Source of the DNA: TPA_inf: Saccharomyces
Lineage: Eukaryota
NCBI GenBank assembly: GCA_000146045.2
Contig: BK006944.2
Location: 352,001-416,000, forward strand
Reading direction: 5' to 3'
Length of the DNA: 64,000 nt
In this document: one piece after another, positions 1 through 10,621 of the stretch
Layout: each line of letters starts with the position of its first letter
How positions within the stretch are numbered: position 1 is the stretch's first letter
Notes under the pieces: generated by a model
The model's input: the letters and a program-made list of their open reading frames with translations, nothing else
Databases searched by the model: none
What the model was told of the DNA's origin: nothing
Translations under genes and position numbers: made by a program

Positions 1-624
1 GTCAACATATGTTTGATTACCTGTATATCTTGCTAATCTTGCAGCTATGTGAAACAAGGCACCGTTAGAAACGGTGTTCTTGTAATCGTAACCAGAGTTC
101 CAAACGAAAATTTGCCACCTCAAACCACCACCACAGGAATCGGCATCCCAACGCAAAGCCATGGTATTGAAAACAGCCTGTGCTAAATATAGCCATTGAG
201 GCTCATTCTCGGGAGGATTAGTAAAGTTTCTCTCCGCGGCAGTCATAGCAGCAATACCCCAAAAGGCTTGGTCATCATTACCTTCAGTGGTAGATTGATT
301 TAGCGGAATATAGTCATTATCATCACCAGCTTGATGTATCATTGCTGCTATAATTTCATCATTATAGGTGTCGTTATCCATGAAAAACCAGTAATCTAGC
401 ATACAGCCCCAGGCACCACCGGCTTCCCACCAATAGTACGGATCTGAAAACATACCGACCGTCTTACCATACTGATTACCAGTGTAATAATCCATTAAAC
501 CGTAGGCAATTAGTGAAGTAGCATTTTGCAAAGATTCGTAGTTGTCTAGATCCAATTCGACGGCATTTGTAAATCTTGTTGCGAAGAGTACACCCAGTAA
601 CCCTATCACTTTATTTACTAGCAT
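1..624 (-). CDS. DCW1: GH76 putative mannosidase Dcw1, N-terminal 208 codons only; the CDS runs off the window start
   Basis: Minus-strand frame is open from the window edge to ATG (reverse complement of 622-624). Translation MLVNKVIGLLGVLFATRF...GH76-like WWEAGG, recognised as yeast Dcw1. 624 nt is exactly 208 codons. Confidence 0.8.
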   Translation of the reverse strand, partial: MLVNKVIGLLGVLFATRFTNAVELDLDNYESLQNATSLIAYGLMDYYTGNQYGKTVGMFSDPYYWWEAGGAWGCMLDYWFFMDNDTYNDEIIAAMIHQAGDDNDYIPLNQSTTEGNDDQAFWGIAAMTAAERNFTNPPENEPQWLYLAQAVFNTMALRWDADSCGGGLRWQIFVWNSGYDYKNTVSNGALFHIAARLARYTGNQTYVD

Positions 625-1327
625 TTTTATGTGTTCGTTTTTAAAACAGACTGAAAAGAAAGAAAGCTCAGAAAAAAAGTGGTGTGTATTTTGTTGTATC
701 CACTATTATATGTCCTGGAAAGGTTTCCCTAGCGTTTTGACCCTTTCGTATCTTGTAATTTAAGCCTCTTTTTACCAAAAATCCTCCCGTTCGCACACCT
801 ATTAAGCTGCTTATAAAATATGAGTATCAACACAGTAACAGTGAATATATAATAGATGAGCCCATTATACAAAGAGTACCTATGATCATCATGAAATCCG
901 AGCTTTATTTCCATCTGCCAGTTTTCTTTCTGGATGTACGAAATTAAATCGCGCCTCGAACGGGTGCAAAACCGGGTGACGGGACACCGCTACGAATATA
1001 GTACGATACACTTATACATATATGGAAGCATTTATAGCGTATATTCATCGTACGGTACATTCTTTAAATAAATGATTGAATTTTTCTGAACCAACAGTTA
1101 TAAGCTGAGATCCAGTGCGTTCATGAAACGGAACATCTTACATCATCAAGAGCCCAGAAGCACGGCGTAGGATTGTTTCCGCTGCTACAGACAGACATGG
1201 AAACACTGTTTTTATCAGGCCAAAGGTGATACGACAGGTCTCTTCTTGTTTCAATATTGCCTTACATATCTGCTGCTCACTCTATTTGCTTTTTCCTGCT
1301 CATTTATAGTTAACTTGATTTGAAATT

Positions 1328-1348
1328 ACGCGTCGCGGGGAATCGCGT
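1328..1348. promoter_or_regulatory. Two MCB (MluI cell-cycle box, ACGCG) elements in inverted orientation, 145-165 bp upstream of the PRI2 ATG
   Basis: ACGCGT at 1328-1333. tcgcgtaa at 1343-1350 is ACGCGA on the other strand. DNA replication genes are classic MBF targets. Confidence 0.5.
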
Positions 1349-1492
1349 AAAACTCGATATTAAATCCTGTGATTTTGCAAAAGTAAATTTTTTACTATCT
1401 ACATCTCTCCAATTTGCACAACTTTGACAGGACTGATAACTACCCAGGTGGAGCAACCAGTGACAGCAGGTAAAGCACAATAAGGAGAAGAA

Positions 1493-3079
1493 ATGTTCAG
1501 GCAGTCAAAAAGAAGAATTGCCTCAAGGAAGAATTTTAGTTCATACGATGATATTGTCAAAAGCGAATTGGACGTAGGCAACACAAATGCAGCTAACCAG
1601 ATCATCTTAAGTTCAAGTTCATCTGAAGAAGAGAAAAAACTTTACGCTAGGCTGTATGAGTCTAAATTATCATTTTACGATTTACCACCACAGGGAGAAA
1701 TAACGTTGGAACAATTTGAGATCTGGGCAATCGATCGTCTCAAAATTCTGTTAGAGATCGAATCTTGCCTTTCAAGAAACAAATCGATCAAAGAAATTGA
1801 AACCATTATCAAGCCGCAGTTCCAAAAACTACTGCCTTTCAACACAGAGAGTTTAGAAGACAGAAAAAAGGATTACTACTCTCATTTCATTTTAAGATTG
1901 TGCTTTTGTCGTTCAAAAGAACTGCGGGAAAAATTCGTCAGGGCTGAAACGTTTTTGTTCAAAATTAGATTTAACATGCTAACCTCCACCGATCAAACAA
2001 AATTTGTTCAATCATTGGACTTACCCTTACTACAGTTTATCTCAAATGAAGAAAAGGCCGAATTATCTCATCAGTTGTATCAAACAGTTTCTGCGTCTCT
2101 ACAGTTCCAATTGAATTTAAACGAGGAACATCAAAGAAAACAGTATTTCCAACAGGAAAAATTCATAAAATTACCTTTCGAAAATGTGATAGAACTGGTA
2201 GGAAACCGTTTAGTGTTTTTGAAGGACGGGTACGCATATTTACCACAATTCCAGCAATTGAATTTACTTTCTAATGAGTTTGCTAGCAAATTGAACCAGG
2301 AGTTAATAAAAACGTACCAGTACTTACCAAGACTGAATGAGGATGACCGGTTGTTACCAATTCTAAATCATCTTTCGTCGGGGTACACTATCGCGGATTT
2401 CAACCAGCAAAAGGCAAACCAATTCAGTGAGAACGTAGATGATGAGATTAATGCGCAAAGTGTCTGGTCTGAAGAGATTAGCTCAAACTATCCGCTATGT
2501 ATCAAAAACCTGATGGAGGGTCTTAAAAAGAACCATCATTTGAGGTATTATGGGAGACAACAACTGAGTCTGTTTTTGAAAGGTATCGGCCTGAGCGCTG
2601 ATGAAGCGTTAAAATTTTGGTCTGAGGCATTTACAAGAAATGGGAACATGACAATGGAGAAGTTCAATAAAGAATACCGTTACAGCTTCAGGCATAATTA
2701 CGGTCTTGAAGGTAACAGAATCAACTACAAACCATGGGACTGTCACACTATCCTTTCCAAGCCCAGACCTGGGCGCGGAGATTATCATGGATGCCCTTTC
2801 CGTGATTGGAGTCACGAGAGACTATCTGCAGAATTGCGCTCTATGAAGTTGACCCAAGCGCAGATCATCAGTGTTCTGGATTCCTGCCAGAAAGGTGAAT
2901 ACACAATTGCTTGCACTAAAGTGTTTGAAATGACACACAACTCTGCATCAGCGGATTTGGAAATTGGCGAGCAAACGCATATCGCGCATCCTAACCTATA
3001 CTTCGAAAGATCAAGGCAACTGCAAAAGAAACAGCAGAAGCTGGAAAAGGAAAAACTATTCAATAATGGTAATCATTAG
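1493..3079 (+). CDS. PRI2: DNA primase large subunit (528 aa)
   Basis: ORF-track 528-aa protein MFRQSKRRIASRKNFSSYDD... recognised as Pri2. The C-terminal region has the Cys residues of the Fe-S domain. MCB boxes lie upstream. Confidence 0.93.
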   Translation: MFRQSKRRIASRKNFSSYDDIVKSELDVGNTNAANQIILSSSSSEEEKKLYARLYESKLSFYDLPPQGEITLEQFEIWAIDRLKILLEIESCLSRNKSIKEIETIIKPQFQKLLPFNTESLEDRKKDYYSHFILRLCFCRSKELREKFVRAETFLFKIRFNMLTSTDQTKFVQSLDLPLLQFISNEEKAELSHQLYQTVSASLQFQLNLNEEHQRKQYFQQEKFIKLPFENVIELVGNRLVFLKDGYAYLPQFQQLNLLSNEFASKLNQELIKTYQYLPRLNEDDRLLPILNHLSSGYTIADFNQQKANQFSENVDDEINAQSVWSEEISSNYPLCIKNLMEGLKKNHHLRYYGRQQLSLFLKGIGLSADEALKFWSEAFTRNGNMTMEKFNKEYRYSFRHNYGLEGNRINYKPWDCHTILSKPRPGRGDYHGCPFRDWSHERLSAELRSMKLTQAQIISVLDSCQKGEYTIACTKVFEMTHNSASADLEIGEQTHIAHPNLYFERSRQLQKKQQKLEKEKLFNNGNH

Positions 3080-4321
3080 TGCAGAAAGGGAAAAGGAAAA
3101 AAGCGAAGAGATAACTAAAAAGGATTAATAGTATACGTAATTTAGTCTACTGTAAGTATGGTCAAAAATTTTCTTTAGTGAGAAAAAAAAAAAAAAAGAG
3201 AAACGATAAACGCTGTACAATACCAGTGACTGCACTGCTCCGAAAACGTCCGAGATATGTATATTGTCCGAATTTTTTCATACTTTAATAGCTGGCCAGA
3301 GAAACCTTATAATTTTGTGGCTGCAAGCTATCGCGCTGTTCCTCTGTGACAGGCAACACAGAACAACTAACCGCCTGTCTTTTATGCCTGTACACTTCAT
3401 TAAAATTTACCGTTTTCTTCCATTACAAGCGGGGACACTTTCCGTTTAAACCTGCAATATGTTGCAGGGCCTATCCACGCCAATTTACTGTGGCAGAAGT
3501 TACTGCAGTGGAAGAACTACCTTTTCCAGCATAGCCTCCGCCACCAAAAAATGCAGGTGCTGCGTTTTCTGGATACGTGGCTGGCCTTTAAAACGCATGG
3601 GAGGGACAGTATCTCACCGATTTGGTAATGCCGTGATGCAACCTCGAGGATCCGGTTTTCAAGAGCGGAAGTAAAAAACCGGGAAGATCTAATATTTCCT
3701 TATGCAGGTATTCTGTGACTAAAAAGTATAGAAGACTATTTTGCACCGCTCCCTGATTAGACTTCGTGCGATATTATTGATGGATATCGTCTTTATCTTT
3801 CCGTGGACCTAAAACGGCACCCCTTCGTCTAGGATAAACGCGGTCGGCTCTTTCGAAGACTAAAAAAGCAGCCACAATAACGTTACATGCAAAATCAGCC
3901 CACTCGAAGTTAGATACTGCGTAGACGGATTTGCACGATGCGATGATAAATATTAGGGACAGTGCGTGCCCACCCATAAGTTGCTGTAGAGCTTACAAAT
4001 TGTAAAGACTAATTCCAATCGCACGCCCACCCCTCACGGGAATAAGTTAGAATGTTGCGGAATGAACGATAACTTCATATTAGGTAAAAGGGAAGAATGC
4101 AACGCTGCGGTCTACGGGCTTTTTTCTGCGAGACCAATTTTCTTCTTTTGTTTTTTTATTTCGATATTTAGTTTTCATGCAAACGGGTATTATTCTTGAC
4201 AGGCCATTATGTAAGAGTGTGGAAACATAATTCTTGCACATACGACGTTTTCTTAACTGTTCCTGTTTCAAGTTACGGAAACGCCTGTGGCCCAGGTAGC
4301 GTAGGCAAAATCAAGCTCAGA

Positions 4322-4642
4322 ATGGGTTACGTAATTATGACGTTTTCGAGTGCGAGGATGTCAGAAAGGAGAGCCAGAATTATATATATATGGATGCATC
4401 TCTCTGCATATAAAATTAATTTCCCTTTCGTACAGTTCCCTACTTTTTTTTCCCTCTTTCGTTTGCAAAAGAAGGCGGCCATACTCATTAAAAACCCCTC
4501 CCCATTTTTCCTTTTTTTTTTGTTTCCATATAGGAAGAACTCTACAGCTCGAACAATACATCAAATCAATCAAGCAGTCGCTCTCGTTCTATTGTGTGTT
4601 TCTCACCACCTTACATATCTCCCCTCAGTTCCCAGCCTATAA
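4322..4642 (+). CDS. Small uncharacterized ORF (106 aa) in the PRI2-PHD1 spacer, consistent with YKL044W. Low-complexity and hydrophobic; coding status weak.
   Basis: Internal Met (MGYVIMTFSS...) of the 148-aa ORF 4196..4642. Placement matches my recollection of S288C annotation. No recognisable domain. Confidence 0.35.
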   Translation: MGYVIMTFSSARMSERRARIIYIWMHLSAYKINFPFVQFPTFFSLFRLQKKAAILIKNPSPFFLFFLFPYRKNSTARTIHQINQAVALVLLCVSHHLTYLPSVPSL

Positions 4643-4747
4643 CTTTGTGGTTCTCTTCTTTTCAACTTCTTCTTCTTGACATTATACTTTAATAAGACCA
4701 TTACTTCTTTTTCTTTGCTGGAATTCATAATTCATTAAGCAGAAAAT

Positions 4748-5848
4748 ATGTACCATGTTCCTGAAATGAGGCTACATTACCCCCTGGTGAACACTCAATC
4801 TAACGCCGCAATAACACCCACCAGAAGTTACGACAATACCCTTCCTTCGTTTAACGAGCTATCACACCAGAGTACAATCAATCTTCCATTCGTCCAACGC
4901 GAAACTCCAAACGCATATGCTAATGTTGCCCAATTAGCTACGTCGCCAACTCAGGCTAAATCAGGGTATTATTGTCGCTATTATGCTGTGCCTTTTCCCA
5001 CATATCCACAACAACCACAATCTCCATATCAACAAGCTGTACTTCCTTATGCCACCATTCCCAACAGCAATTTCCAACCATCTTCTTTCCCTGTGATGGC
5101 AGTGATGCCTCCAGAGGTTCAATTTGATGGATCATTCTTGAACACCTTACATCCTCACACAGAGTTGCCTCCAATCATTCAAAACACTAATGATACTAGC
5201 GTCGCACGTCCAAATAACCTTAAATCAATAGCAGCAGCGTCACCAACAGTGACAGCAACAACAAGAACACCTGGCGTCAGTTCAACGTCAGTTCTCAAAC
5301 CACGCGTTATAACTACGATGTGGGAAGATGAGAATACTATCTGCTACCAAGTAGAGGCGAACGGTATATCAGTCGTGCGTAGGGCTGACAACAACATGAT
5401 TAACGGCACCAAGTTGTTGAATGTCACGAAGATGACAAGGGGGAGAAGGGATGGAATATTAAGATCCGAGAAGGTTAGGGAAGTCGTGAAGATTGGCTCC
5501 ATGCACCTCAAGGGTGTTTGGATTCCTTTCGAAAGGGCTTATATCCTGGCTCAACGTGAACAGATTCTAGATCATCTGTACCCGCTCTTCGTCAAAGATA
5601 TAGAATCCATTGTTGATGCCAGAAAGCCCAGCAACAAGGCATCTTTGACCCCCAAATCTAGCCCTGCCCCCATCAAGCAAGAACCATCTGATAATAAACA
5701 CGAAATTGCTACTGAAATTAAGCCGAAGAGTATTGATGCTTTATCGAATGGAGCATCTACTCAGGGTGCTGGCGAACTGCCCCACTTAAAAATCAACCAT
5801 ATCGATACTGAGGCCCAAACAAGTAGAGCAAAAAATGAATTATCATAA
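4748..5848 (+). CDS. PHD1: APSES-family transcription factor Phd1 (366 aa)
   Basis: APSES DNA-binding domain [29 protein letters not shown]...[15 protein letters not shown]. The N-terminus is Q/P-rich low complexity. Length 366 aa. Confidence 0.93.
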   Translation: MYHVPEMRLHYPLVNTQSNAAITPTRSYDNTLPSFNELSHQSTINLPFVQRETPNAYANVAQLATSPTQAKSGYYCRYYAVPFPTYPQQPQSPYQQAVLPYATIPNSNFQPSSFPVMAVMPPEVQFDGSFLNTLHPHTELPPIIQNTNDTSVARPNNLKSIAAASPTVTATTRTPGVSSTSVLKPRVITTMWEDENTICYQVEANGISVVRRADNNMINGTKLLNVTKMTRGRRDGILRSEKVREVVKIGSMHLKGVWIPFERAYILAQREQILDHLYPLFVKDIESIVDARKPSNKASLTPKSSPAPIKQEPSDNKHEIATEIKPKSIDALSNGASTQGAGELPHLKINHIDTEAQTSRAKNELS

Positions 5849-6171
5849 GCACATAACATAATCCGTTAACTCTTTGCTCTATGAACAAGAACCGAAGTTC
5901 TAGAAAGGCTGATAGGATTCGTACAATCATTTTTACGGTCGAACTTCTGTAGTTACTCGATATATAAATATAAATAACGGACATAAAAAAAAAAATTGTA
6001 ACATTATAAATCATAAAATCATAATCATATCTATTTCTAACTTCTGACTATTGCGCAATTCGTTAGAGTCTTTCCACCACGTCGATTGGACAAATCTTTA
6101 TCTGTCTACTTCTAATATACTGTACATCATACCTGTCTTTTTATGCTGCTATTGTGGAGGAACCGTCATCT

Positions 6172-6247
6172 TTTCGCGCGAAAAAACAATATGATGCCTT
6201 TTTGAAACATGTTATTATTTGATTTTTTAATGGCTTCTATTACGCGT
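6172..6247. promoter_or_regulatory. Perfect 12-bp palindrome TTTCGCGCGAAA (two inverted SCB CGCGAAA cores) plus an MluI-type MCB ACGCGT (6242-6247), upstream of SPC42
   Basis: Read directly: ttttcgcgcgaaaaaac and ttacgcgtcg, about 300 and 230 bp upstream of the SPC42 ATG. SPC42 expression is G1-periodic. Confidence 0.45.
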
Positions 6248-6474
6248 CGTGGTTGGTGAACCTGGTACAAAATAAATAAAAAAACACCTGCTAAAAAATA
6301 TCAAATAAAGTAAGGAAGGTAATACAAAAAGAGAGCGTTGGCTCGTGTTACACAAAAGCGGTTTCGAACACAATCAGAAGAAAACAACAAGGACTTTTTT
6401 GCAGCGCCAAAAAAAAGAAAAAAAAAACCAAGAGAACGAAAGCTTTATAATAGCCTTTTTTTTTTTTAGAAAAC

Positions 6475-7566
6475 ATGAACGGATCTCCCACTCCTAAGCG
6501 ATATTCATCCAAATCTTCAAGGCTTTACGACGACTACTATAACATCCCGTATCAATATTCCAATCCGACTCCAATGAATAGAGACTATAATGACGTGGGG
6601 TCACGTATCAATGCAGATAAACTGGTACCAGAGGAATACAAACGGAATACAGAATTTATCAACAAAGCTGTCCAACAAAATAAAGAACTTAACTTCAAAC
6701 TGAGAGAAAAGCAGAACGAAATATTCGAACTCAAGAAGATTGCAGAAACTCTGCGCTCAAAGCTCGAAAAATATGTTGACATTACCAAAAAGCTTGAAGA
6801 CCAAAACCTCAACCTACAGATAAAAATAAGCGACCTAGAAAAGAAACTTTCTGACGCTAATTCTACTTTCAAAGAAATGAGATTCCCCAAGGTCAAGGAC
6901 CCCATGGTAGATGACGACCCTGTCTCCGAAAATTATGATCAGATAAATGTACCAAAACACAGAGCACCGGATGCTACAGGTAATCCTCGTACAACTAACA
7001 AAGTCTCCAATACTTCAGACCAAGATAGCAGACTAAAAGCCATTGAAAGAACCCTCTCGGTCCTCACAAATTATGTTATGAGGTCAGAAGACGGTAATAA
7101 CGACAGGATGTCACCCTTACCTTCTCCTTTAAATACGATATTGCCAATAAATAATCGTCTGAATTTTCAAGAGCCAAAGAGATATAATCCAACCGTTAAG
7201 GTAAATCCGTCTGATGACGATATCATGATGTATGAAAGTGCAGAGCTGAAGCGTGTCGAAGAAGAAATAGAGGAGCTAAAGAGAAAAATACTTGTTAGGA
7301 AAAAACATGACTTAAGAAAATTGTCTTTAAATAACCAACTCCAAGAGCTGCAAAGCATGATGGACGGTGATGACAATATAAAACTTGACAATGTTTCGAA
7401 GCATAATCATGCTACGCATCGTCATTCTTCCCAATCCAGTCGCGATTACTCACCCTCTTCGGATGCTTGCTTGGAGTGTTCTAATGATTTATACGAGAAA
7501 AATAGAGTCAAGCCTGAAAATAATATGTCAGAAACATTCGCAACTCCCACTCCCAATAATCGATGA
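6475..7566 (+). CDS. SPC42: Spindle pole body central plaque coiled-coil protein (363 aa)
   Basis: [38 protein letters not shown]... followed by a long heptad coiled coil. Recognised as Spc42. Confidence 0.92.
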   Translation: MNGSPTPKRYSSKSSRLYDDYYNIPYQYSNPTPMNRDYNDVGSRINADKLVPEEYKRNTEFINKAVQQNKELNFKLREKQNEIFELKKIAETLRSKLEKYVDITKKLEDQNLNLQIKISDLEKKLSDANSTFKEMRFPKVKDPMVDDDPVSENYDQINVPKHRAPDATGNPRTTNKVSNTSDQDSRLKAIERTLSVLTNYVMRSEDGNNDRMSPLPSPLNTILPINNRLNFQEPKRYNPTVKVNPSDDDIMMYESAELKRVEEEIEELKRKILVRKKHDLRKLSLNNQLQELQSMMDGDDNIKLDNVSKHNHATHRHSSQSSRDYSPSSDACLECSNDLYEKNRVKPENNMSETFATPTPNNR

Positions 7567-8142
7567 TGATTTAAAAAGCAGTTAAGGAGTATGGCGCATT
7601 CTTAAAGCGTTCTGTGTAATTACGGCAAAAAATTCCATCACAAAATAGAAAGTCTTTATTTTACTTTCCATTGTTATTTTCCAACAGAAGCCGGAAACGT
7701 AAAGGCCTTTTATATTAAGTGTTTTCTCATTATAGGATATATAATAAGAATTTGTAATTGTTACTTTTCTTTCAGTTTTCATTAACTACTTTAAACCTTA
7801 GAAAATACATTCCAATCCTACGAATAGACGTATAAGTAAGGATTAATGCTATCGGAAAGCAACTTAAATAACTATAAATGGTGGATGGTTAGTGTCATAA
7901 TATCTTAATGAATATCGCTTTTGACGATATAGTACTAGCAATCTGCGGTTCCAATGGAATGGCGTAAACGCATAATAATGAAGTTGGAATAAAAATATGC
8001 TATACCAACAACTTTCATCTAAGTAGTCTTTATTTGACATATATATGTATATACACCGAACAATAGATTTACCGGTGCATTTCATTATCAACCTTTAGTA
8101 GTTTGGGGGGCAGTTTTCTGGGCAATACAAAGTTTACTTTTG

Positions 8143-8817
8143 ATGGATTATATAAAAAAAGCCATATGGGGGCCAGACCCTAAGGAGCAACAGAGGAGAA
8201 TCAGATCGGTCCTGAGGAAAAATGGTCGAAATATAGAGAAATCGTTGCGGGAACTCACAGTTTTGCAAAATAAAACCCAGCAGCTTATCAAGAAATCTGC
8301 AAAGAAGAACGATGTTAGGACAGTTCGACTATATGCAAAAGAACTGTACCAAATCAATAAACAATATGATAGAATGTACACTTCCAGAGCGCAGTTGGAT
8401 TCTGTTCGAATGAAGATAGATGAAGCAATCAGAATGAACACTTTGTCAAATCAAATGGCTGACAGTGCGGGCTTAATGAGGGAGGTAAATTCATTGGTTA
8501 GACTACCTCAATTGAGAAATACGATGATTGAATTAGAAAAGGAACTTATGAAATCTGGGATTATAAGTGAAATGGTGGATGATACCATGGAGAGTGTTGG
8601 GGACGTAGGGGAAGAGATGGACGAAGCTGTTGATGAAGAAGTTAATAAGATAGTTGAACAATACACAAACGAGAAATTCAAGAATGTTGACCAAGTGCCA
8701 ACCGTAGAATTAGCAGCCAATGAAGAAGAGCAAGAAATTCCGGATGAAAAAGTTGATGAGGAAGCAGATAGGATGGTAAATGAAATGCGTGAAAGGCTGA
8801 GAGCTTTGCAAAACTAG
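8143..8817 (+). CDS. VPS24: ESCRT-III subunit Vps24 (Snf7 family). The ORF begins MM; the second Met gives 224 aa.
   Basis: MDYIKKAIWGPDPKEQQRRIRSVLRKNGRNIEKSLRELT... basic N-terminal half and acidic C-terminal half, typical of CHMP proteins. Confidence 0.9.
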   Translation: MDYIKKAIWGPDPKEQQRRIRSVLRKNGRNIEKSLRELTVLQNKTQQLIKKSAKKNDVRTVRLYAKELYQINKQYDRMYTSRAQLDSVRMKIDEAIRMNTLSNQMADSAGLMREVNSLVRLPQLRNTMIELEKELMKSGIISEMVDDTMESVGDVGEEMDEAVDEEVNKIVEQYTNEKFKNVDQVPTVELAANEEEQEIPDEKVDEEADRMVNEMRERLRALQN

Positions 8818-9057
8818 AGTGTTACTGTGACTGTACAAAGAAAATAAATAAATAAGTGAATAAATAATGGTACGAATAACACAGTAAAAAGGGCACCCGT
8901 TTTTAGTGTATGGAAAAAGTTGAGTGCTTTACCCTTTTTCCATGATGACCGTTGAAACATGTACGGACTATCAAGTAATAGTGAGGGTAAAGACAGTATA
9001 TACACACTTCCTTTTATTTTCGTCTCATCTTGTATTTTCATTTGAAGGACGGAATAT

Positions 9058-9828
9058 TTACTTTTCATGGCTTGTATTTTTACTCGATTCCAACTTTTTT
9101 TCAAGCTTATCAAATTCCTTTAATGCTATTTCTTGCTCAGGATCCATGATCTGAATCACTTCTTTCACTTCATCCACATAGTGCTTCAACATGGACTCAA
9201 TACCGTACTTCAAAGTCACTTCACTAGAAGAGCATGAGGTACATGCACCTTGTAATCTTAAATAAACGGTTCCAGTCTTTGGATCCCACCCACGGTAATC
9301 GATATCACCGCCGTCCTCCAAGATGGCTGGTCTTATTCTTGTATCTATCAGCTCTTCAATCAATTCGCTGACCTCTTCATCTTCTTCGGTAAGTTCAAAT
9401 TTGGGCATATTTATTTTGTAGCCACCTTCTCCTTCTTCTTCTTGGACAGCATGGAATTCTTTGGATATAACATCTTCACCGTAAGCAAGTTGCTTGGTTA
9501 ACAAATCTATAATTTCAGGCTTGATACTATTCCAATGGACCATTCTGTCTTTATTAATAGTGAGAAAATCATCACCTATCATTAAAGACTCCACTCCTGG
9601 ACACTGCAAAAAAATTTGCTGTGCTAACTTGGAATGGTTGATGAGGTTTTCATCAGTGTTCTTAATAACTATACTCTTGGAGCCACGCGTCTGTAGCATC
9701 TCGCCATCTGTGGAGAGAAATTTTAAAGCATTTTCATTTGGAGTTGTTAAAGTCTTAATATGAATTAATCTCTGAGAATTTAAGTAAAAAATCGGAGACT
9801 TCCCCAATTTAGCCACTGATTTGAACAT
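9058..9828 (-). CDS. NFU1: Mitochondrial NifU-like Fe-S cluster scaffold protein (256 aa)
   Basis: C-terminal Nfu domain with the CTSC motif (LQGACTSCSSSEVTLKYGIE). N-terminal presequence-like MFKSVAKLGKSP. Confidence 0.92.
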   Translation of the reverse strand: MFKSVAKLGKSPIFYLNSQRLIHIKTLTTPNENALKFLSTDGEMLQTRGSKSIVIKNTDENLINHSKLAQQIFLQCPGVESLMIGDDFLTINKDRMVHWNSIKPEIIDLLTKQLAYGEDVISKEFHAVQEEEGEGGYKINMPKFELTEEDEEVSELIEELIDTRIRPAILEDGGDIDYRGWDPKTGTVYLRLQGACTSCSSSEVTLKYGIESMLKHYVDEVKEVIQIMDPEQEIALKEFDKLEKKLESSKNTSHEK

Positions 9829-10621
9829 TGTTAGTCAATTTCTTGCTTTTTTGCTTAGATTACGCTGAGAATGCCTTATGTATTCTAATTAGTCCGCTAA
9901 ATACGCTTCTTTTTATAATGATTAATAAGCAATATTGTAAGTAGATCACTGAAATTCGGAAAACTTAAATTATTTATCACTTGATACGTTAGAAGGCTAT
10001 TTCTACAATCACCAGGACTCCGCTAAGTGGTCCTATAGATTTGATGAAATGCCTGCTTTGACGGTCTTGATGATACAAGCTAACGCTTAGCATGTTACTA
10101 TACTCAATGTACATTGTTTTATCCTCAAGAGACCGCAGACGTTTCAATTTTGTGTTTAAAAGAACAATGGACAGTATATACGTAGTGCCAATTTTCTTCT
10201 ATGGTGTATTATGCGCATTGAACATTGTAATATCCGTAATGTTGAACATAATTTGGGAATTGCTTCCGAATCTTCAACCTTCATGTATACCTCTTTTCGG
10301 CTAGAGTGTGGTACTTTAATTACTGCTTAGTTGTTTTGCCCGATTTAGATATTGCACCCGTGCACGTCACACATAAGCTTGGTCTTTTAAATAGTGTGTG
10401 AAAAAACGAACTTGAAGAAAAAGATAGAGCAAGATATATATAGGAGTAGGAATAGGGAGAGTGGAAAAAAAAACTTAGCCTCAAACTAATAGTCAAGAGG
10501 ATCAACTATTCTGTTCAGGTTTTGCAGGTTAAAAATTGAAATAGAATATTTTCTCGGTAATTTCAAGAAACAGCTGGTAAAAAGGCAGTAAATTTACAGA
10601 AACTAAGAGTGTAAGGGCACA

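Noticed and set aside
542-763. Numerous short ORFs from the six-frame track inside or antisense to large genes (e.g. 542..763, 2609..2815, 14413..14634, 24301..24792, 31662..31919, 39840..40217, 47784..48242, 56663..57022, 61933..62181)
   Set aside because: Each lies wholly within a long, recognisable protein-coding gene on the same or opposite strand and has no recognisable motif. They are the expected random ORFs in a 64-kb window.
3440-3700. Polylinker-like cluster of restriction sites (PmeI, PstI, XhoI-BamHI adjacent, BglII) suggesting an engineered insertion
   Set aside because: The sites are spread over about 250 bp rather than forming a compact MCS. The flanking sequence is ordinary yeast intergenic DNA. 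All gene spacings match the native chromosome XI arrangement as I recall it. This is most likely coincidence in a GC-richer stretch. It is kept only as a low-interest conserved-element candidate.
5955-5975. 11/11 ACS match taaatataaat in the PHD1-SPC42 spacer as a replication origin
   Set aside because: The match is generated by a simple (ATAAAT)n-like AT-rich run, where ACS matches arise by chance. The region is a tandem promoter context, not a convergent one. It is too weak to call.
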